From an uncultured Syntrophobacterales bacterium (GTDB lineage: Bacteria; Desulfobacterota; Binatia; UBA9968; JAJDTQ01), in contig CAYTMJ010000003.1 of the NCBI GenBank assembly GCA_964438895.1, positions 126-64,125 on the forward strand: DNA of 64,000 bases, in the 5' to 3' direction. This document shows positions 58,539 to 64,000 of this stretch, piece after piece. The position numbers and the translations under genes were made by a program. The first letter of the stretch is position 1, and each line of letters opens with the position of its first letter. The notes under the pieces were generated by a model. The model made no database searches. It worked only from the letters and a program-made list of their open reading frames with translations, and was not told where the DNA came from.

Positions 58539-59465
58539 ATGCTTAGTAAACTTCGCATAGGCGTTAGTAGTTGTCTGCTGGGCTACCCGGTCCGGTATGA
58601 CGGTGGCCACAAACGCCACCGAACCGTCACCGAACACCTAGCGTGCTTGTTCGAAATCGTTGCCGTATGTCCAGAAGTGGAGGCCGGAATGGGTGTCCCA
58701 CGGGAACCCGTTAATCTTGTCGGAAACCCACGTGCACCTCGCATGTTGGGACAGGATTCTCGGAAGGACTGGACCGAGATCATGTGCCGCCTGGGGAGGC
58801 AGCGGGCTACTGGCTTCGAAACGCTCAAGGTCTCCGGGTTCGTACTGAAGTCGGAATCGCCGAGTTGCGGTCCGGACCGCGTCCCGATTCACACGGAATC
58901 TGGAAAGGCAACTCACGAGGGAAGTGGCCTATTTGCGCGAACTTTGTCCGATACCCTTCCGCTTCTGCCGCTCGAAACGGAAGGCCGTCTGAACGACGTA
59001 CTGCTGTACGAGAACTTCGTTGAGCGCATCTTTGCATACCGGGAATGGTGCACCTTCGCCTGTGCAAAGCCATCGTTGCCACTACTTACACACTTTCATA
59101 CAGCCCATAAGGCAACTCTCATGGCCCACACTGAGGACGGTCTTCGGATACTGAGCCAGCTCCTAGAAAGTACTGATGGCAGTTCGCCGGAGACTATTAC
59201 GGCCCAATACGGCATCGAATACATGCAGGCACTGAAACATCCACCGACGCGGCACACCAACACCACAGCCCTGCAGTACTTGACCGATCTTCTATCGGCA
59301 CGATTGGACCCAAGAAACCGGAAACAGCTTACTGGCCAGCTAGACGACTATCGACTCGGAAAGGCACGTCTATCCGCGCCCCTAGCCCTGATACGACACC
59401 ACGCCACTGAATGCCAGATCGAGCACGTGCTACGCCAAAGCTTCCTCCAGCAACCCAGTTCGTGA
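58539..59465 (+). CDS. DUF523 (TudS-like thiouracil desulfidase) + DUF1722 protein (YbgA/RudS-like)
   Basis: GVSSCLLG..VRYDGGHK, VCPEVEAG, SPSCG, EGRLND and FHTAHK motifs. Confidence 0.88.
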   Translation: MLSKLRIGVSSCLLGYPVRYDGGHKRHRTVTEHLACLFEIVAVCPEVEAGMGVPREPVNLVGNPRAPRMLGQDSRKDWTEIMCRLGRQRATGFETLKVSGFVLKSESPSCGPDRVPIHTESGKATHEGSGLFARTLSDTLPLLPLETEGRLNDVLLYENFVERIFAYREWCTFACAKPSLPLLTHFHTAHKATLMAHTEDGLRILSQLLESTDGSSPETITAQYGIEYMQALKHPPTRHTNTTALQYLTDLLSARLDPRNRKQLTGQLDDYRLGKARLSAPLALIRHHATECQIEHVLRQSFLQQPSS

Positions 59466-59483
59466 ACCGAAACTCCCGAGATG

Positions 59484-59930
59484 CTACTGCCCCAACAGGT
59501 TCTGAAGCGCTTCCTTTCTATATTCGAAGATCCTTCGGAGGTCCGGGCCCACAAATAATCGTTGGACGAGGAAGCCAAAATAAACTCCATAGCTCACAGT
59601 GTCGCTAACTAGAGTGCCACTGTTCACTACCGTGAAAACGTGCTCGTGCACCCAGAACCGATAGGGTCCGCGCCTTTGCTCGTCGACGAACCGTCGGGGA
59701 GGGTCCCAATAGGTAATTTCCGATCGCCACCGGATAGGAATTCCACGCACGCGGAGGCCGTAGTCGATAAGTGTTCCAACCCCCATCTCCACGGGGAGCG
59801 GCATCAGCATCTCGAAGTGTAGCCAAGGCGGTGTGATTCGTTGGAGGTTCGTAGCGTCGGCAAAGAAAGGAAATACCTGGGCGCGCGTTCCTGGTAGCTG
59901 CACTTCAGAGCGCAAATTGTAGGCCTTCAT
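59484..59930 (-). CDS. SRPBCC family protein
   Basis: VFPFF...NLQRITPP, FVDEQRRGPYRFWVHEH and IFEYR motifs. Confidence 0.88.
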   Translation of the reverse strand: MKAYNLRSEVQLPGTRAQVFPFFADATNLQRITPPWLHFEMLMPLPVEMGVGTLIDYGLRVRGIPIRWRSEITYWDPPRRFVDEQRRGPYRFWVHEHVFTVVNSGTLVSDTVSYGVYFGFLVQRLFVGPDLRRIFEYRKEALQNLLGQ

Positions 59931-60186
59931 CCCATCAGGATACCACACCGTGTAAGGGGTAAAAGGGCCGCAACCGCAACGGACAGTACTCCGTAGAGAA
60001 GATCTGGGCACATAGCCGAGTTTGGTCCCCGCAGCTGTACATTTGTGCACCCCGATCCAACACCGACAAATTGGGGGCGTTCAACTATGCTATCGGCACC
60101 GCGAGCAGCGGCCGAATCATGTGTTTCCGCGGCTATCCTCGTTGTGGCCCTTGGTCAAGCGAAATCCGTGTCAACTTAGAACGCAG

Positions 60187-61638
60187 TCACACATATCCCG
60201 GTGGTGGGACAAAGCTCCGATAGGTCTTTTCCAACAAACGAGCGAAGTGGATGCAGGTGAGATCGCCGTACTTCGGGCCAATAACTTGGATGCCCACGGG
60301 AAGCCCTTCGTGATTTGTGCCTATGGGCACCACAGACGAGGGCAAGTAGGCTAGGTTAGCGTAGCCTGGTAGGGAGACCTGGTTCATAAAAGGCTGCATC
60401 ACACCATCTACTGACACCGAACGTTGGTACGGGGGTGTTTGGTCGTGATGAGTGGCTGCTGACACCGTGATAGGTGCCAGCAAGAGGTCATAGTGCTGGA
60501 AAAATTCGTGCCACTGCCAACAGATTCGGTGGCGTATTTCGTCGAGCTGGAGCCAGTCCCTATGCGACAACGTAACGCCCCGCAGCATGCGCGCTTGCTT
60601 ACCGTCGTCTCCGACCATGAGCCCTTGACGGGCCCGAAGGTTGGTAGCAAACTCTTTGTCCGTTTGGCGACCTGACGTGCTCGCTCGCAGCAGCAAGTCA
60701 AAGACGCGATGGGAAGCCGCCGCATTGAAGTCGGGCCGGGCACCAATCCTGACCTTGACCTTATTGCTGCGAAGGAAGCGAGCCAGCGTCCGATGAAGAG
60801 ACGCAATATCGCGCACCGTTGGCACGGTCTCGTCCTCCACGAGAAGTGACACCCGGTATTCGGCTAGCCTCTTCTTCCGTGGTGCCGGTAGCACAAGTCG
60901 GAGCCCAGCCGCATCGATCGAATCCGGACCCGCTATCACAGAAAGGAGAAGGGATAGATCCGTGGCGCTCCGAGCCAGCGGTCCAATAACAAGCATGTCC
61001 AGAGGTGCGAGGTCACCGTCCAATGTATGCCCGCCAGTAGGACAGATACCCATGGTCGGCTTGTGCGCAAACAAGCCGCAGAAGGCCGCAGGATTGCGCA
61101 CCGACCCCGCCACGTCACTACCCATCTCTAGGGCAGTCAAGCCCGCCGCTAGTGCCGCCGCCGCCCCACCCGAGGAACCCCCCGGTACTCGGTCGAGATC
61201 CCAGGGATTCCGAGTCGTACCATAGATTTCGTTGAAACTCTGCGCATCAGCGAGCCACGCCGGCACATTAGTCTTGCCGAACACCACCGCGCCGGCGCCG
61301 CGCAAACGTTTCACCGATAGCGCATCGGTGCGAGCGATACTGCCGCGCTGTGCTGGCACGCCCCAGGTAGTCGGCAAACCAGCCACATCAAAGGAATCCT
61401 TCACTGTCATGGGGACGCCATGTAATGGCCCCCACAAATCCCCCCGAGCAAGAGCCCGGTCTGCCTGGCGAGCCCGCTGACGAGCCCGTGTAATGTCCGT
61501 GGCGATAATCGCATTCAAGCTCGAGTTGAAGCGCTCGACCCTCGCCAAATAGTGTTCAAGGAGTTCGAGGCAGCCAACCTTACGCCGTCGGATGAGGCCG
61601 GCTAGCTGGCTCGCCGAAGCCCATGCCAAATCGTTCAT
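60187..61638 (-). CDS. Amidase signature family protein
   Basis: GPLHGVPMTVKD, GKTN, GGSSGG and GSDVAGSVRNPA motifs. Confidence 0.93.
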   Translation of the reverse strand: MNDLAWASASQLAGLIRRRKVGCLELLEHYLARVERFNSSLNAIIATDITRARQRARQADRALARGDLWGPLHGVPMTVKDSFDVAGLPTTWGVPAQRGSIARTDALSVKRLRGAGAVVFGKTNVPAWLADAQSFNEIYGTTRNPWDLDRVPGGSSGGAAAALAAGLTALEMGSDVAGSVRNPAAFCGLFAHKPTMGICPTGGHTLDGDLAPLDMLVIGPLARSATDLSLLLSVIAGPDSIDAAGLRLVLPAPRKKRLAEYRVSLLVEDETVPTVRDIASLHRTLARFLRSNKVKVRIGARPDFNAAASHRVFDLLLRASTSGRQTDKEFATNLRARQGLMVGDDGKQARMLRGVTLSHRDWLQLDEIRHRICWQWHEFFQHYDLLLAPITVSAATHHDQTPPYQRSVSVDGVMQPFMNQVSLPGYANLAYLPSSVVPIGTNHEGLPVGIQVIGPKYGDLTCIHFARLLEKTYRSFVPPPGYV

Positions 61639-61837
61639 GGCCGAGCAACCCTTAAAAGTCCGTTTTTCAAATTACAACACCCCCTCGGGATCTGTCGGAC
61701 ATCGATCTCATACGGCCCTTCTCTCGTTCGATCCAACTAGAGAAATGATGATCGTCCCCAATTTCGCCGCTGATGATGTCAGTCCTATCGTCGTACACTT
61801 CCTGTTGCGTCAACCCCGTTCCCGTACCAACCACAGT

Positions 61838-63091
61838 TCAAATTGGCGGTCGGCTGTTCGCGCCGTAGCCTGTCAACTCCACGTACCCCTGACCGAGACG
61901 CACCCCTTTTTTGTCTTCGACTCGCACGGAACCTTCCCAATAGAACAGGTCGGGGATCGACGAGCTACGATTCTCTTGGTCATCACACTTGGGGGTGATT
62001 ACTATACGAATCCCGCCACTCGGGATATCAAGAGTCCATCCGGCCGGATAGGGTGCTCCAGTCACAGGACTGGTCCACCGGCGGGTAGTGTGGAGGCTCC
62101 ATTCATCTCGGTTGAGGTATCGAACGATTCCTAAGGAGTCCACCAAGGTGGCACCGGCGTGATGGATCCCGCCATTGCGGCTTCGGAGAAGATAGAGCAT
62201 AACCTCCCGACCATCGCGGAGTTGCAAGCTAAACCAGTCCCATCCTTCGGTCTCTTCGGCGAGTTGATTGGAGCCGAATTCCTTGTCCATCCAACTCGAA
62301 CCACGAACCTCCAAATCCTCACCGTCCAGGCGAACCGTGCCAGTGGCCGACATGCGGGTAAAACTGTAATAGTGGCTGGCCTCCGTTTCACCCCTTCCCT
62401 TCCGGCTCAGGCCCCCTGGACCTTGGAGAACCAGCGGTTTAAGAGAGCGAGTCGACAAACGGAGGCCGAAGGACTTGCCAGCATCGGTCATAGTGAAGTC
62501 AAAGCCTTTGCCGTTCCAACGAAGTGTCCATGGGCCCAGGGTACCCGGAACACCGACGCTCCACGCAAGCTTTGGGTCTGGGTAGCGACCGAAGCCGCCC
62601 AAGAGCGGAGCTGCTCGTACCACCAATTCGCTGAAACGGTGCTGGCCGTTCTCCAGGTCCGTCAACGCAGCGTGACCCATGATGATGTTGTTAGCCCTCC
62701 AGGCAGACTCGCCCATAGGTGGCTTCTGCGACACACCAAGCCTAAAAAAAGTAAACTGATATCCAAAACGGCGCACAGGCTCCGAGACCGTCTGTAGGTG
62801 CCCGGTGAAATACCACCATTCAGTCTTATAGGCGTCGTGGGCCCAGTGATCGCGCGGGAACGACCAAACGTAGCCGGGTTGAGCCGGGGTCCAACCCTGG
62901 GAGAACGAGCTAGCCCATAGCATGACGACCGCAAGCACAACGACACATGTAATTAGGCCGATGCAGCGCCGGCTATACCCAAGGATACCCTGAGATTGGA
63001 TACGTGCCTTCCTCCCCTTCATCGCCGAACCTATCACGGCCTCAGCCCAGATCCTCCCTACCACCGTTTTGCCGTCCTTAAGCGTCTGCAT
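61838..63091 (-). CDS. Lipocalin-like / CrtC (AttH-like) exported protein
   Basis: FPRDH..H...EWWYFTG, YQFTFFR, SHYYS, WMDKEF, GWDWF, YWEG and GYVELTGY. Start is uncertain. Confidence 0.85.
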   Translation of the reverse strand: MQTLKDGKTVVGRIWAEAVIGSAMKGRKARIQSQGILGYSRRCIGLITCVVVLAVVMLWASSFSQGWTPAQPGYVWSFPRDHWAHDAYKTEWWYFTGHLQTVSEPVRRFGYQFTFFRLGVSQKPPMGESAWRANNIIMGHAALTDLENGQHRFSELVVRAAPLLGGFGRYPDPKLAWSVGVPGTLGPWTLRWNGKGFDFTMTDAGKSFGLRLSTRSLKPLVLQGPGGLSRKGRGETEASHYYSFTRMSATGTVRLDGEDLEVRGSSWMDKEFGSNQLAEETEGWDWFSLQLRDGREVMLYLLRSRNGGIHHAGATLVDSLGIVRYLNRDEWSLHTTRRWTSPVTGAPYPAGWTLDIPSGGIRIVITPKCDDQENRSSSIPDLFYWEGSVRVEDKKGVRLGQGYVELTGYGANSRPPI

Positions 63092-64000
63092 GACAGAGCT
63101 CCTTCGCCGGTGTCCGGCTCGCCTTAAACGCCGGGTATAGGCTCGCCAACACCGCGGCGCACACGATGGCGAAAGCTTCCCCTGCCAAGGACAACCATGG
63201 CCAGGTCCACTCAATGCTCCAACCGAAGTAGCTCTTTTGAATCACGAAGATTAAGATCGCGCCAAGGCCGATACCGCCGGCGAAGCCGAGCATTAAACCC
63301 AAGAAGGCCATGGTGGTTCCTTTGCTCACGAACAGGAGGAATACCTGTCGGCGGAAGGCCCCCATGGTGCGATAGAGTGCGATTTCGCTAGCCTTCTCTT
63401 GGGCTACCACTAGCAATGTAAGAGTAATGGTACAGGCGGCGATGATGAGGCTCATGACCTGAAGGATTCGCGTCACGGCAAAGGTCTGGTCGAAGACGTG
63501 AAGGACGTCATTTTTTAAGTTCCGGTTGCTACGCGCCCGCAGCGAGCCTCGAGGGTGGCGGCTCTCGATGGCTGCTGCCACCGCTTCCGAATCACCGTCA
63601 GGCCCTAAGTGAAGGGCAATACTCGTGAGGCGTCCAGCCCCGAGAGTCTCCGACATAAGGCCCAGGTCCATGGTCACTGAGCCGCCCTCGGTGTAGTCCC
63701 GGTAGATCCCTGACACCGGGAGTTGAACTACCCCCTCTGGACCTTCGATTTCTACCGTATCACCCACCAGCAGTGAGGCTCTCTGGGACAATGGCTCACC
63801 GACAAGGACGCCGCGTTCCCGAAGAGCGCGCCCTACCACATCACCAACGGACAGAAGTCCCAAGCGCCGCTGCTCAGCAGGCCGTCTTAGGTCTACACCT
63901 ACCACAGCCACGCGCCGGCCAGCCACGAACAGGAGCAGTCGACGTAGGGGGTCCACACCCCGCACCTCAGGCGCGCGAGCCAATCGCTGTACGAGATCCT
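63078..64000 (-). CDS. FtsX-like ABC transporter permease (AttF/G-like), 5' end outside window
   Basis: FDQTFAVT, EIALYRTMGA, SYFGWSI and LYPA in a C-terminal 4-TM FtsX domain. Adjacent to the AttH-like gene. Confidence 0.85.
   Translation of the reverse strand, partial: DLVQRLARAPEVRGVDPLRRLLLFVAGRRVAVVGVDLRRPAEQRRLGLLSVGDVVGRALRERGVLVGEPLSQRASLLVGDTVEIEGPEGVVQLPVSGIYRDYTEGGSVTMDLGLMSETLGAGRLTSIALHLGPDGDSEAVAAAIESRHPRGSLRARSNRNLKNDVLHVFDQTFAVTRILQVMSLIIAACTITLTLLVVAQEKASEIALYRTMGAFRRQVFLLFVSKGTTMAFLGLMLGFAGGIGLGAILIFVIQKSYFGWSIEWTWPWLSLAGEAFAIVCAAVLASLYPAFKASRTPAKELCHADA

Overview
Gene-dense 64 kb bacterial chromosomal window (GC roughly 55-60% by eye). I see no rRNA, tRNA, CRISPR array, integrase or transposase. 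About 56 CDS are supportable. Most are catabolic or redox enzymes: three amidohydrolases, an M20 peptidase, a D-aminoacylase, an amidase, UbiD, a ThDP enzyme, an OCD/mu-crystallin protein, CoA-transferases III, an acyl-CoA dehydrogenase and a thiolase-like/DUF35 pair. Housekeeping genes are interspersed: folM-like/folX/folK, degP with a sigma54 two-component system, an RpoD-like sigma factor, adk, a citrate synthase family gene, rodZ, ltaE and clpP. The gene mix suggests a Deltaproteobacteria-like lineage such as Binatia; this is inference only. Three loci stand out. (1) A Bug-type binding protein / thiolase-like / DUF35 / amidohydrolase / non-canonical CX8CX2C radical SAM operon converges on a Bbs-like acyl-CoA dehydrogenase plus heteromeric CoA-transferase operon (27.8-37.2 kb). 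(2) A probable tungsten-enzyme operon encodes a NarM-like protein, a MobA-MoaD fusion, an AOR, a small unknown protein and an NAD-dependent formate dehydrogenase (47.4-55.4 kb). (3) A catalytically degenerate nucleotidyltransferase-fold protein, a TPM protein and LemA form a module at 45.0-47.2 kb. All family calls come from recognising motifs by eye; no database searches were run.
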